Source: a virus (lineage: Duplodnaviria; Caudoviricetes). From it: 64,000 nt of DNA. The notes beneath the pieces were generated by a model that saw only the letters and a list, made by a program, of their open reading frames with translations, made no database searches and was not told the origin of the DNA. A program made the position numbers and the translations under genes. Positions 10,242 through 20,488 of the stretch are shown here, in pieces. How positions within the stretch are numbered: the first letter of the stretch is position 1; every line of letters starts with the position of its first letter. The stretch spans positions 32,001 through 96,000 of IMG/VR virus record IMGVR_UViG_3300033463_005840; one strand, given 5' to 3'.

Positions 10242-11315
10242 ATGATTAAAAGAAATTTTAACAAGCATAACGTAAAAAGCAATTTAATTAACAGAATTAA
10301 GCATAAAAGACGGATTGAATCTGCTTATGGCTTAATAGATGGTCCTACCTTCGATAAAAATAAAAAAGTATATACTTATTATACTCCTGACGTTATATAT
10401 GTTACTCAGCACCCTTTAAAAACTAATAAAAGTCTTGGTTTAATAGAGGTTTTTGATAATGTGGACGATGCGACCGCCACTATGTGGAAATGGGAAGATG
10501 AAGATACTGGTGCCGGCTGTACTTTCTATATAGATAGAAATCTTATTGATATGACAGATGAAGAATTAGAAATTGCAGAAGAGGATGATGATTCTGAAGA
10601 ATATGAGTATTTAAACAGCATTCTTATAGATTCTGGTATGCCTTTACATGGTGTTGAAGACCTTTCCGATAAATATGGAACGGGCAATGAAGAAGTATGG
10701 TATTATCCTTGGTATCTGGAGGATAAAGAGAACAATGTTGTTGACTCTCATTTAAGAGAAACAGCAAAATCTTTGCCTAAAAGAAAAAGGCTCGTTAAAA
10801 GTTCTATGGACGAAGAAAAGCTTAATAAAATTAAATTCTTTTTTATAAAAGACGTTGGTTGCACTCCTAAGTCCATAGAATTAAAAAATGGGGGCGTAGA
10901 TGTAATTGTCTCTTTACCTATGGATGAATATAATAGAACTGACTTTAATAAAAAGCTTTATGCTTTTAAAAAAGAATATAAAAACTCATCTGGAACTGAT
11001 TTAGTTACCGAAGATTTAACTACATATAAACGTGATAGTATTTTTAATAAAAAGAAAACTCCTTATACGTACTTGCATTTTTTTGAACTTAATCCTTCGG
11101 TTAAGCTTGAGTCTTCTTTAAGACCTTTCCGTAGGTTTAATATAACGGAATCTGCTTACGGTGATAAAAGAAATTATCCTAAAATTGATATTTTTGAAGA
11201 TGGAGAATACGTCGCCACTACAACATGGGCTAAAACATGTAAAGAAGCAGAGGAAAGATATAAAGAAGAACATCCAAAAGCTAAAAACGTAAAAGCTAGA
11301 AAACAGAGGAGCTAA
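10242..11315 (+). CDS. three-module putative polyprotein
   Basis: ATG 10242 after AAGGA; three payload blocks separated by basic linkers bounded by IESA, VVDS/VKSS and LESS/TESA. Confidence 0.7.
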   Translation: MIKRNFNKHNVKSNLINRIKHKRRIESAYGLIDGPTFDKNKKVYTYYTPDVIYVTQHPLKTNKSLGLIEVFDNVDDATATMWKWEDEDTGAGCTFYIDRNLIDMTDEELEIAEEDDDSEEYEYLNSILIDSGMPLHGVEDLSDKYGTGNEEVWYYPWYLEDKENNVVDSHLRETAKSLPKRKRLVKSSMDEEKLNKIKFFFIKDVGCTPKSIELKNGGVDVIVSLPMDEYNRTDFNKKLYAFKKEYKNSSGTDLVTEDLTTYKRDSIFNKKKTPYTYLHFFELNPSVKLESSLRPFRRFNITESAYGDKRNYPKIDIFEDGEYVATTTWAKTCKEAEERYKEEHPKAKNVKARKQRS

Positions 11316-11320
11316 CAAAA

Positions 11321-11557
11321 ATGGCAATAGTAATTAATAAATCAAATGTAAATAAGAATCTCGTTGCTAAAAATGGAGATTCGTGTATGGTTCGTCCTGG
11401 TAAAAGCAAAGTGGAAGATAAGTTTTGTTCCAATTTACCACCGGATGTTCAATTAGTGTCTTTGGATAAGCCTGCTGTTAAGAAAGTGCAAGTTAAAGCT
11501 AAAGAGACTAAGAAAGCTGAAAAGAAAGAAAAAACTTCCAAAGAAAACAAAGAATAA
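11321..11557 (+). CDS. small Lys-rich protein
   Basis: GAGGAG RBS, 78 aa. Confidence 0.6.
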   Translation: MAIVINKSNVNKNLVAKNGDSCMVRPGKSKVEDKFCSNLPPDVQLVSLDKPAVKKVQVKAKETKKAEKKEKTSKENKE

Positions 11558-11562
11558 AAGTA

Positions 11563-12759
11563 ATGATTACAGTAGGTAGGGGATATCGTCAGCAACATTC
11601 GATTTTAAAGCCAGCTAACAATGGTATAGCTGTTGTTGCTAACAATCGTCTTATGCAAGCAGTTGGCCAACAAAACGCCAACCATATTGAGGCATTAAAA
11701 GTTGATGGTGTTCCCTGCCCTGTTTTCATTAAGAATTTCAGTGGTAAAAAATGTTCTTGCTGTAAAGACTTAAATAAGTTAACAAGCACAGGAGCTAATG
11801 AATCGTCTTTTATGTCAGACTTTACCGTTGATGAAAGAGATGATGACACAGATGAGACATTTTTAGAGTTTCCACAATCTAAGACATCTAATACAGATGA
11901 TGTTATTGAAGACGAACCCCCATTAACGGAAGACCTTTTAGAAGAGTATGCTTTAAAAGATGATAACTCTTTAATATTCGGCGGTGATAAAACTCCATGC
12001 GGAATCTGTTTTGGTGCCGGCTATAAAGACTCTTACAGTTTGTTTAACGGCCAGAGAATTGTTTTAGATTATTACGACAATCCTGAACTCTTTGGTTTTA
12101 AGATTGAGAATACTGCTCCGCTTAGTTTTTCAGCTTCTTATAGTTCTGATAATTATATTAAGTGGAAAGTAAAGCTTCCTACATATTTTATGAAGTTCTT
12201 AGGCTTAAGAGTTAGAAACAATTTGTCAAGCTGTTCTAATTATGACGTGTTTATCAGCTTTGATGATATTAACTTTGTTAAGTATGAAGATTCTGTTTTC
12301 CAGAGCAGACAGGGACAAGACTCAATAGCTACAATCAAAGTTATTCCGAGAAGTATGAATAACTCTTTATTTTTTACTTTGACTCATATTGAGTTGTTTT
12401 ATCAATTTGCGGAATTTCCTTATGCTGATTTTAAACCGATTCAACAATCAGAAAACTGGGAATATTTTGAAGCATTAAAAACGACTGAGATTGAATTTGC
12501 CGGCGATATTAGAAATGTAAATAGGGAATCGGTTATTCTCGATACTAAAAACGCTCTTTTGTGGAAAGTTGTTTCCGTAACACCACATTATACAGTAAAT
12601 AGGCAGTTATTTAAGCAAGAGATTGACTTACGCATGATACAGCCATCAGAAGCTTTATATTGTTTGTATTTAATCCAGAGACCGTTTGTTGAAGTTGTTT
12701 ACAGAGGACTTGAACAAAAACAGGGAATGAAAACTTATTTGGGAGAGTTTAAAGAATGA
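11563..12759 (+). CDS. putative head-completion/neck structural protein
   Basis: CSCC..CGICFGAGY Zn motif of the kind seen in large-phage head-tail proteins; virion gene context. Confidence 0.45.
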   Translation: MITVGRGYRQQHSILKPANNGIAVVANNRLMQAVGQQNANHIEALKVDGVPCPVFIKNFSGKKCSCCKDLNKLTSTGANESSFMSDFTVDERDDDTDETFLEFPQSKTSNTDDVIEDEPPLTEDLLEEYALKDDNSLIFGGDKTPCGICFGAGYKDSYSLFNGQRIVLDYYDNPELFGFKIENTAPLSFSASYSSDNYIKWKVKLPTYFMKFLGLRVRNNLSSCSNYDVFISFDDINFVKYEDSVFQSRQGQDSIATIKVIPRSMNNSLFFTLTHIELFYQFAEFPYADFKPIQQSENWEYFEALKTTEIEFAGDIRNVNRESVILDTKNALLWKVVSVTPHYTVNRQLFKQEIDLRMIQPSEALYCLYLIQRPFVEVVYRGLEQKQGMKTYLGEFKE

Positions 12760-13295
12760 GTGACTACTATTCAAGAAAAGACTTTTTAAGCTTCTTGCCA
12801 AAAGAATATAAAGATACTTTTAAAGATGACTCATTTAAAGGACTTAATGACGTTTGGCTTCCAATGATGTTTAAGATGAACTTCAAAGGTGGTTGGATTG
12901 CTCCTACTGGTCTATATTATAGAATAACTGTCAAAGATAAGTTTCAAGAGATTCGGTCAAAATGTTCTTTTAAGGCTACTCCTGCAAGCATTTTTGAACA
13001 CGGTTACGTTTTGCAGGAATACTCGCAACCTATTAATAATGGGATTTTCTCTTTAAGAAATGACCGTAAGGTTTTATCATTTACATTAAATAAAGATGCT
13101 CTTCGTAATATTAGAATCTTTTTAAATATTATGGGGATTGCTAAGTTTTATGATTATGTTATGGGACATAAAATTTTATTTGAATTAAGATTTGTTGAGA
13201 CCGGCACTGACAATAAGCCCCATATTATTAAAAAATACAATAATATATTTACAACGTCTCAACTTTTATTAATTCTTACGAAATACCGATACTGA
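12756..13295 (+). CDS. hypothetical protein
   Basis: ATGA overlap with the previous gene; GWIAPTG motif. Confidence 0.6.
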   Translation: MSDYYSRKDFLSFLPKEYKDTFKDDSFKGLNDVWLPMMFKMNFKGGWIAPTGLYYRITVKDKFQEIRSKCSFKATPASIFEHGYVLQEYSQPINNGIFSLRNDRKVLSFTLNKDALRNIRIFLNIMGIAKFYDYVMGHKILFELRFVETGTDNKPHIIKKYNNIFTTSQLLLILTKYRY

Positions 13296-13352
13296 GAATC
13301 TTTTTGTATATATATATTTACAGGTAATAACTATTTTTAAGGAGATTATTAA

Positions 13353-13793
13353 ATGAGAATGATTAAAAAGCCTGTAAGACATGATTCTAAAGTTAGGATT
13401 TTGTCAAAGAAAAGGATTTTAGCTGACGAGAAAATTTCAGAGGAAGACTTTGAAGATTTGGTCGAAGAATATGGTAAAGACTTTATTTATGGTGGATATA
13501 CTGAATCCAGACTAGATAATATGGATGATTTTGACCTTATATGTGATGAAGCCTTGCATCTAAAACCCACAGACCTCGCTGAGAAGATTGCACGTTCTTA
13601 TGCTTATGAACCAAATAAAAAACCAGGTGATTGCGAAAATTTTGATGTTTATGCAGAGTATTTCGATTTTAATAGATATGAAGACAGATTTATTTCAATT
13701 TCAGAACACTTTATAGAGGATTATATGAAAGAAGAAATCGCTCCTTTTAAAGAAGATTTTCTTGACTGGTGCAAAGAACGGGGCTACATCTAG
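13353..13793 (+). CDS. acidic protein, FNPND-YF family paralog 2, N-terminal basic tag
   Basis: KVRILSKKRILA leader; FDVYAEYFDFN...EDFLDWCKERGYI; same leader/RBS sequence (GTAATAACTATTTT(T)AAGGAGATTATTAAA) as the 9241 gene. Confidence 0.75.
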   Translation: MRMIKKPVRHDSKVRILSKKRILADEKISEEDFEDLVEEYGKDFIYGGYTESRLDNMDDFDLICDEALHLKPTDLAEKIARSYAYEPNKKPGDCENFDVYAEYFDFNRYEDRFISISEHFIEDYMKEEIAPFKEDFLDWCKERGYI

Positions 13794-13851
13794 TTCTTGA
13801 AAATTTTTTTACATTAAAACCCTGTTGATTAATTTCAGAAAGGGTTTTATT

Positions 13852-13887
13852 AAAAAAAGCATGAATCGTTTAAGATTCATGCTTTTT
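13852..13887. terminator. bidirectional intrinsic terminator
   Basis: AAAAAAAGCATGAATC / GATTCATGCTTTTT. Confidence 0.8.
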
Positions 13888-14001
13888 CTAATTTTAAATA
13901 TCAATACTAAAGGAAACCTCAATGTTGTATTCAGTCGCCAAACAACATGGAACAATTTTTGGTTTTAGAAAGGATAAAGGAGGACACCTTTCTTACTTCC
14001 A
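13852..14001 (-). ncRNA. candidate small RNA with anti-Shine-Dalgarno loop
   Basis: Minus-strand TTGCCA-17-TAATAT promoter (14036-14008), no credible ORF, hairpin AGAAAGG-UGUCCUCCUUUAU-CCUUUCU, a second hairpin, ends at the terminator. Confidence 0.5.
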
Positions 14002-14118
14002 ATTTTGATATTACAAAAAATTTTTCTTTTTGGCAAGAACTTTTTTAGAAAATTCGATTTTTTCTTAATATATATATTTATAGGAAAAATCCTATAAAAC
14101 GTTTTAGAGGAAATAAAG

Positions 14119-16704
14119 ATGACTTTTAAACTATCAGCTGGTGTATACTACAAAGAGTACCAAAAGAGCTCTGGTATCTTTGACAATGTTAATAGCACTA
14201 TTGGTGCTTGCACTTTTTATTCTAAGAAAGGTCCGCTTGGACCACATTTGGTTACGGGTGGCAATGAGGAGTTTATTGACACTTATGGTCTTAATACTCC
14301 ATTAAATGCTACTTTGAGTCCTGCATTGAATTATATGACGATGTTTTATGGAAACCGAGTTGTTAATCAGGCTCGTTATGCTGGACTTTCGCTTTATTAT
14401 GACAATGTTACTAAAAAAATTATAACGACTCCATTTGCTACTGGAACTTTAGCAGATTATAAAGCGGCAATGAGAGAATCTTCATTACTTACTGTCTCGA
14501 CTGCTTTAACTACAAATGATGTTATAACATTAAATCTTGGTTCCGAAACGATTACCCAGAACTTTAATACTAATTCTAATAATACTTTGAAGTTGTTAGC
14601 TACTCAGATTAAAGGCAAATTAGATAATCTCGGCGATGGTGCTAATGTTCAGGTTATTAAAGCTTGGCCTTATTCAGACCGTAAAACAGAAATTGTTTTA
14701 TCATTTGCTCGTGAGTTTGAAGTTAATGATATTGCTAAGTTTACTTTCTCTGGTGATTATGGAATTACTTCAACAGATGTTGACTTAACATATACAACCG
14801 GAACAGCTACAGAGTTTCTTACTTCAATTGCTTCTGCATTAAATGCTAATGCAGCTATTGCGGCTACTGCAGTTGATGTTGATGCTTCTTTGGATGGACT
14901 TCCGAAAATTATCATTACTTCACTTAATGCCGGTCCTTATACATTGACGATTACGCCTGATGCTACTAATACGGTTGATATTACAACTACCGTTAATGCA
15001 GAAGGCCATGGCGTTTTTGATGACAGAGTTATTTTAATAGACTATCCTGAGAATGTTGAAGCTTTAGCAATTTCCGGTTCTATTGAAAGCACTCCGGCTG
15101 TCACACCCGCAAAAACAATCACATCTGATAATTCTGCAAAACTTATGGATGTGTTTGCCGAGAATCCTGGCGAATGGGCTTCTTCTAAATCTGAAGGTCT
15201 TGGTATTAAGATAACCAATAAGAATGAGGGTATTTGCCAAAGAACAAGACTTACGATTAATCAAGCTATTGCTGCTGATAACGTATTTACTTGTCAAATA
15301 TCTTTAGGTGAAAATGCTTGGACAACTAATCCAATTGCATTTAATACAAGTTCTGATAACACTTTGAAATTGATTGCAGATGAGATTAAGAGAGTTATGG
15401 ATGAAAACCTCGGTACTACCGGTTCTGCTACAGTTGAAGAGGTTACAGGCGGTACTGAAAACGATAGAAGTATTTTGGTTATTACGCCGAAATCTAATCA
15501 ATATATAACTATTAATGATGCTATCTTTACAGGCGGTCAAACACAGCCTATCGTTGTTGTATCAGAAATTATTCCAAATACTCCTTCTAATGAAACTTTT
15601 GACTTCAACCTTTACACAAAAGAAGATTTAAAGAATCCAAAAGAAGATTGGAAAGCTACCGTAACACCAAGACTTGACAGTAATGGTAATCAATTATTAT
15701 TATCATCTAACGTTAATGAAGGTGTTAATGCATCAAAGAATATTCGTATTGTTTTGCATAACATAGATTTTGACAAAATACAAGATATGGACGCAATCGC
15801 TTGGTTAGGTGGTGGTGATGATGGTTATATGCCAACCACTTCTCAATTCTTAGCAGGATGGGACCAATTCGCTGACCCTGAAAAGATTACAGTAAGACTG
15901 CTTATTAATGCTGGTTATACTAACGTTTCAATTCAGCAGAAAATGGCTTCTATTGCAATGAAACGTAGAGATTGCTTTGCGATTCTTGATATGCCGTCTG
16001 ATAAGCAGAATCCACAAGATGCTTACAACTATAGACAATATGAATTGAATGTTAATACTTCGTATGCTGCAATATATTCGCCTGATGTTTTGGTATTTGA
16101 TTCTGTAAGTGGTGAGAATATTTACGTTGCTCCTTCTGGATTCGTTGCTGCTCAAATATGCTATACTGTTAATAATAGTTATATTTGGTTTGCTGCTGCC
16201 GGACTTAATCGTGGTATTTTAGATAGTGCTCTTGGAGTACGTGTCGTTTATAATGAAGGTGACAGAGATTTACTTGAACCTGTTCAAGTTAACCCGATTC
16301 TCGATAAGAAAGCAAATGGTATTGCAATCTTTGGAGAATATACATTGCAAGTTGCTGATGGCCCTCTGAAAGATGTTCATGTCAGATTACTTTGCAATAA
16401 TATCTATATCTCACTTACTGACGCTATGCAATATAAACTCTTTGAGCCTAATGACGAATATATTCGTTCTGTTATGGTTAAAGAAATTACTGCATATCTT
16501 ACACCCATCAAAGAAAAACGTGGTTTGCGTGATTTTGTTGTATTCTCTGATATTACAAGAGAACCTGCTGCTGAAGTTGATGCCGGTGTCGGTTATGTTA
16601 AGATATTGATTAAACCTGTATCTTCGTTGAAATTCATTATGTTGGAAAACTATATTTTGGGTTCTGGCGTTGAATTTAATGAAGTTATTTTGAATGGTGT
16701 ATAA
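14119..16704 (+). CDS. tail sheath protein
   Basis: N-terminus SAGVYYKE..KGP; C-terminal sheath motifs RRDCFAILD, YAAIYSP, APSGFVAA, WFAAAGLNRG, VRLL, LFEPND. Confidence 0.9.
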   Translation: MTFKLSAGVYYKEYQKSSGIFDNVNSTIGACTFYSKKGPLGPHLVTGGNEEFIDTYGLNTPLNATLSPALNYMTMFYGNRVVNQARYAGLSLYYDNVTKKIITTPFATGTLADYKAAMRESSLLTVSTALTTNDVITLNLGSETITQNFNTNSNNTLKLLATQIKGKLDNLGDGANVQVIKAWPYSDRKTEIVLSFAREFEVNDIAKFTFSGDYGITSTDVDLTYTTGTATEFLTSIASALNANAAIAATAVDVDASLDGLPKIIITSLNAGPYTLTITPDATNTVDITTTVNAEGHGVFDDRVILIDYPENVEALAISGSIESTPAVTPAKTITSDNSAKLMDVFAENPGEWASSKSEGLGIKITNKNEGICQRTRLTINQAIAADNVFTCQISLGENAWTTNPIAFNTSSDNTLKLIADEIKRVMDENLGTTGSATVEEVTGGTENDRSILVITPKSNQYITINDAIFTGGQTQPIVVVSEIIPNTPSNETFDFNLYTKEDLKNPKEDWKATVTPRLDSNGNQLLLSSNVNEGVNASKNIRIVLHNIDFDKIQDMDAIAWLGGGDDGYMPTTSQFLAGWDQFADPEKITVRLLINAGYTNVSIQQKMASIAMKRRDCFAILDMPSDKQNPQDAYNYRQYELNVNTSYAAIYSPDVLVFDSVSGENIYVAPSGFVAAQICYTVNNSYIWFAAAGLNRGILDSALGVRVVYNEGDRDLLEPVQVNPILDKKANGIAIFGEYTLQVADGPLKDVHVRLLCNNIYISLTDAMQYKLFEPNDEYIRSVMVKEITAYLTPIKEKRGLRDFVVFSDITREPAAEVDAGVGYVKILIKPVSSLKFIMLENYILGSGVEFNEVILNGV

Positions 16705-16776
16705 TTTTTAGTTTCCTTTCATTTAAAATAAAAAATTCCCTCTTAGACCTTACATCTTTGGGGGAATTTTTTGTTA

Positions 16777-16865
16777 TATATATTTACAAGGAAGATGTTC
16801 TTTTTGATGATTAAAAATAGTCTATTTAAGAATAATCTATGAAAAGGGACTATTCCGTATTTAAG
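16777..16865 (+). repeat. promoter-hairpin element, copy B (second motif degenerate)
   Basis: GGAAGATGTTCTTTTT..GATTA..TAATCTATGAAAAGGGACTATTCC, near-identical to copy C; preceded by a terminator hairpin at ~16733-16772. Confidence 0.7.
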
Positions 16866-16895
16866 AATAAAACTTTTTTGAAAAGGGGAATTATA

Positions 16896-17576
16896 ATGAA
16901 AGTTGGAGAAATTAAACAAGCAGTAGACGATGGAAAGATTGTGCATTGGGCAAATGAAGGATATTTTGTTTTACCTTATGGAGACGATTATTGTATTACT
17001 TGTGCACAAAATGGTCATACTATTGGACTTACATGGAGGGACGGAAAAACTCTCAATGGAAATGAGGAAGATTTTTATATTGAAAATAATCCTTCAGAAA
17101 GAGAAATTGCTATTTATGAGGAATTAACGGGAAAACATAGAAAAAGAGTAAAGTCTTCTTTACCAACTACAAAATATTTATCAAGACATCAAGATTATAA
17201 AAAAAGACATTCAGAGTTAAGAGCCTCTTTTAGGCATAGAGTATTGAGTGCAAGAAATAATGTTATAAGGCAATTAAAAGCCTTATTAAAAGAGTATGAT
17301 GATAATTATACACGTTGGAGTGACGCTATTGAAGCAGATATAAGAAGATACCCTGATGATGAGGATTTGCCTCTGGTAAGTTTGGCTTTGGATTGCGTTG
17401 GTGATGAGCTCGCCTCTGCCATAAAAGACTATCCTAATGTTGACAGTGATGACTTTCCGTTAGAACTTGATAATTTGTCTTTTAGTTTTTTTGAACTGAC
17501 AAATAGGAAAGCTGAAAAAGAGATGTCTGACTGGTCTTATAAAGTCAGAGAATTAGTTTATCCGAGTAATCCATAA
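16896..17576 (+). CDS. two-module putative polyprotein
   Basis: Small phage domain (EIKQAVDDGKIVHW..IGLTWRDG), basic linker RVKSS..LRAS..RVLSA, then an acidic helical domain. Confidence 0.7.
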   Translation: MKVGEIKQAVDDGKIVHWANEGYFVLPYGDDYCITCAQNGHTIGLTWRDGKTLNGNEEDFYIENNPSEREIAIYEELTGKHRKRVKSSLPTTKYLSRHQDYKKRHSELRASFRHRVLSARNNVIRQLKALLKEYDDNYTRWSDAIEADIRRYPDDEDLPLVSLALDCVGDELASAIKDYPNVDSDDFPLELDNLSFSFFELTNRKAEKEMSDWSYKVRELVYPSNP

Positions 17577-17597
17577 TAATAAAAGGGTGGTCATAAA

Positions 17598-17816
17598 ATG
17601 CAGGAATCTGAAATAAAAACATATTCATCTGATTTTAAGAACTTATCAATACTGGCGAAAGCAGTTTATATTTGCGAGATTTTAGTCAGGCTTGAGGTCG
17701 AAGATTTAGATGCTTTGATTGACGCTCATAATATGGCCACCCGTGATGATATTCTTAGAGCGGTTTCTGAGTTAGAAAGCAAGGGCCTTTTAAAGAAAAA
17801 CGAAACAATTAATTAA
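17598..17816 (+). CDS. small hypothetical protein (winged-helix-like end)
   Basis: 72 aa; ILRAVSELESKGLL. Confidence 0.55.
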   Translation: MQESEIKTYSSDFKNLSILAKAVYICEILVRLEVEDLDALIDAHNMATRDDILRAVSELESKGLLKKNETIN

Positions 17817-17829
17817 GAGGGAAAAAATT

Positions 17830-18390
17830 ATGAATTTTTCTGAGTATACAGATTTGTTAGAGCTTACTCGTTTTAAGCATAAGCTTAATGAGTTGCCAAA
17901 AAAAGAAAAGTTGGATTCTTATTTAGATAAGATTAGAAAGAATTGCGGAGGTAAACCCGTTGTTAAATCTAATTATAAAACAACCGCTGCTATTTATCCG
18001 GTAGACTTAATAAATGCTACCAAAGACTTAGAAGACCCGGAAATCTTTGCCAAAGTTATTGCAGAGATTAATAAAGAACTTTGCAAGAATGGTAATCCGT
18101 ATGACATCTCCAATGATAAAGTGTTAATGCTGGGTTTAACTAACAGATACATAGATAATGCTCAGATTGCCAAATACAATAGACAATGGAGACAGTTTGC
18201 TTTTTATATGAGAGCTGTTGCTTATTATATTCCGCAACTTCTTTTGCAAGCAGGTATTACGGATGCTAATTTCATTTTAACGGCATCTTCAAAGAAAACT
18301 CGCAATAAGAAATGGTTTGAGGGTTTGCCAAAAGAGTTGCAAGACTTTGTTAATAATAACAAAGACAAGTTGAAAGATATTGTTTCTTAG
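17830..18390 (+). CDS. hypothetical protein
   Basis: GAGGG RBS, 186 aa. Confidence 0.65.
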   Translation: MNFSEYTDLLELTRFKHKLNELPKKEKLDSYLDKIRKNCGGKPVVKSNYKTTAAIYPVDLINATKDLEDPEIFAKVIAEINKELCKNGNPYDISNDKVLMLGLTNRYIDNAQIAKYNRQWRQFAFYMRAVAYYIPQLLLQAGITDANFILTASSKKTRNKKWFEGLPKELQDFVNNNKDKLKDIVS

Positions 18391-18459
18391 CGATACAAAA
18401 TTCTCTTTTTTCTCGATATATATATTTATGGAAGTTTAAATTTTAAAAGGAGACTTATT

Positions 18460-18675
18460 ATGACTGATATTATTAATTGGGTTAAAGAACATTGGGAAGA
18501 TTTGACGGCGATTTGGGCAGGTATTGTTACCGTTGCTTCCATAATTGTTAAATTGACTCCTTCGCAGAAAGATGATACGATTTTAGCGAAGATTGTCGCT
18601 TTCTTTGATTATTTCTCGATTGTTAATCCGAATGGAACGAAAGTTATTAAAGTAGACGATAAAAAAGAAGGCTAA
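18460..18675 (+). CDS. holin-like small membrane protein
   Basis: One hydrophobic helix plus LTPSQKDD motif and charged C-tail; late motif at 18419. Confidence 0.55.
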   Translation: MTDIINWVKEHWEDLTAIWAGIVTVASIIVKLTPSQKDDTILAKIVAFFDYFSIVNPNGTKVIKVDDKKEG

Positions 18676-18744
18676 GAGTTTTCGGTGCATGCTACTACCC
18701 ACCGAAAAGAATCCCTCCTGTGAAAATGGGAGGGATTTTTGTTA

Positions 18745-18838
18745 TATATATTTACAAGGAAGATGTTCTTTTTAATAGATTAAAAATAATCTGTTTAAGA
18801 ATAATCTATGAAAAGGAATTATTTCGTATATATATTTA
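18745..18838 (+). repeat. promoter-hairpin-promoter element, copy C
   Basis: Motifs 84 nt apart; ATAGATTA 18775-18782 / TAATCTAT 18802-18809; preceded by a TCCCTCC/GGAGGGA terminator. Confidence 0.7.
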
Positions 18839-18878
18839 CAGAAAGACTTTTTGAAAGTTAAACTCGAAAGGAATTAAA

Positions 18879-19883
18879 ATGTTAATTAGGAATTATATCT
18901 CTAAAATTTTATCCAATGCTCAACGCTACCCAGTTATTGCCATGACTGCAAATGACCTTATGAGAAAAGCAAGGGAGAGTGGTATAGATTTAAAAGCTTA
19001 TGGACAAGAGTTTATTAATAAATTACTAGATTTTATTGATAACGTTGATACTGTTTTTGGTGATGATTATGTAAGTGTTGCTACTGAAATTAAGAACTTT
19101 GAAAAGTATAATCCAGAAATTTGTGAAGATATGGTTAATAAAAAACTAATTGATTTGAAAATTTTCAATCCTTCTAGCCAATTCGCTACTTCTGATTTTA
19201 AAGAGTATTTTTACAATCCTTTCTTATCTGGTTTTACTAATTACTTATTTAACCGCAATCCCTTAGAGTTTCCTAAAACCAAAAAAGAGGCTTTAAAATT
19301 AATAGATGAGTACGAACAATCCTTAGACCCTGATGAACTTACTGACTATAATATATATAAATATGATTTTATAGATAATTGGGTAGGATACGCTGAGGAC
19401 AAAAAAACTCAGCAAGCTATTGATAATATTAAAGAAAACCTTAATGTTAAGAGAATTAAAAAGCTATTATCTAATGCTAGTATTTATAAAGGAGGCAAGG
19501 CTGGCGAGACGATAAAAAATAATATACAACTTTTGCTAGATAGTTCAGATGATGCTTTAAGAGATGCAATTATTAAAGCTTTGAATAAGAAACACAATCT
19601 TATTAGAGAAAAGTGGTATGGTGTAGATTTAGAAAGACGTTTTGGTAGAGATTTTAGTGATGGAAATCTTCTTGTTGGTTATATTAGTTTTAATTCAATG
19701 AAATTGCCTAATGTTATGTTGCCTCTATGTTCAGAGTTCTTTGAAAGAGACTTAGAATTTTTGCACTATAACAGGGGCAAATGGTATGATTTATCTGTGA
19801 CTAAAAATAGTATTGTAGTTGATGATGGACTTTATTATTTAAGTGTTCGGGTTGTAAATGTATTAAGAAATTTAAAAGCTTAG
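18879..19883 (+). CDS. hypothetical protein, paralog of the C-terminal module of 33690..35009
   Basis: Shared pattern F.NKL..ID..DT....Y..EIKN...FN..S....DFK..Y..FL..FT.Y...PK. Confidence 0.7.
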   Translation: MLIRNYISKILSNAQRYPVIAMTANDLMRKARESGIDLKAYGQEFINKLLDFIDNVDTVFGDDYVSVATEIKNFEKYNPEICEDMVNKKLIDLKIFNPSSQFATSDFKEYFYNPFLSGFTNYLFNRNPLEFPKTKKEALKLIDEYEQSLDPDELTDYNIYKYDFIDNWVGYAEDKKTQQAIDNIKENLNVKRIKKLLSNASIYKGGKAGETIKNNIQLLLDSSDDALRDAIIKALNKKHNLIREKWYGVDLERRFGRDFSDGNLLVGYISFNSMKLPNVMLPLCSEFFERDLEFLHYNRGKWYDLSVTKNSIVVDDGLYYLSVRVVNVLRNLKA

Positions 19884-19908
19884 AAAGGTTCTTTGAAAGG
19901 ACTTAAAA

Positions 19909-20106
19909 ATGAAACTCATAAATCCATTATATGTTATTAATAAGAAAGTGGAGGCATCCGTTAAAGTAGAGTCCTCTGCTGAGATTTCACCGGTCTCTCA
20001 TAAAGAGATGCAGCTTTGTCAACTTATTACAGTTGACAATAAAACCGTGCCAGTCTATGTTGACTTTGATAATCGTGTTTGCTTGCCTGTAAGAAAGGAC
20101 GCTTAA
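19909..20106 (+). CDS. small hypothetical protein
   Basis: 65 aa; VEAS/VESS motifs; ends NRVCLP. Confidence 0.6.
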   Translation: MKLINPLYVINKKVEASVKVESSAEISPVSHKEMQLCQLITVDNKTVPVYVDFDNRVCLPVRKDA

Positions 20107-20107
20107 A

Positions 20108-20407
20108 ATGCCAATAAATGATTATAGGGATATTGCTTTTGAAAAAGGCACTTGGGAAAATCTTGCTCTTAATAAACTTGTTAATTATCTGGGGAAAGAA
20201 AGAGCCGCATTTGAAAGTGGTAATGAGAGAGATACCTTTGTTGTCGTTGATTATGGTTTAACCGAAGATAATTCCATATCCGTTGATACTGCTATTGTGG
20301 ATGAGGACGGTTCCATCGGTATGGTTACTACTCATGAATTTACACTGGATTTAGACGGGTTAGAGGACGCTTTCAGATACTTCCATATTTCGTTTGATGA
20401 TGTTTGA
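20108..20407 (+). CDS. hypothetical protein, paralog of 44432..44713
   Basis: G.WE..ALN.LV.Y..ER...RD.FV.VDYGL...DT..VDE.G...F.L..DGLE.A.RY shared. Confidence 0.7.
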   Translation: MPINDYRDIAFEKGTWENLALNKLVNYLGKERAAFESGNERDTFVVVDYGLTEDNSISVDTAIVDEDGSIGMVTTHEFTLDLDGLEDAFRYFHISFDDV

Positions 20408-20488
20408 TTGAGAGAGCCAATTAATTTTGGCTCTTTTCAAAAATCTTTTGTATATTTAAAACATCAACCAACCAAAGGAAGTATTTTT

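Noticed and set aside
16839-16895. Extended N-termini in the ORF track (16839, 10176, 8411, 20408, 60963, 61543, 49555)
   Set aside because: Better RBS-linked ATGs lie downstream; the extensions run through regulatory repeats or neighbouring genes
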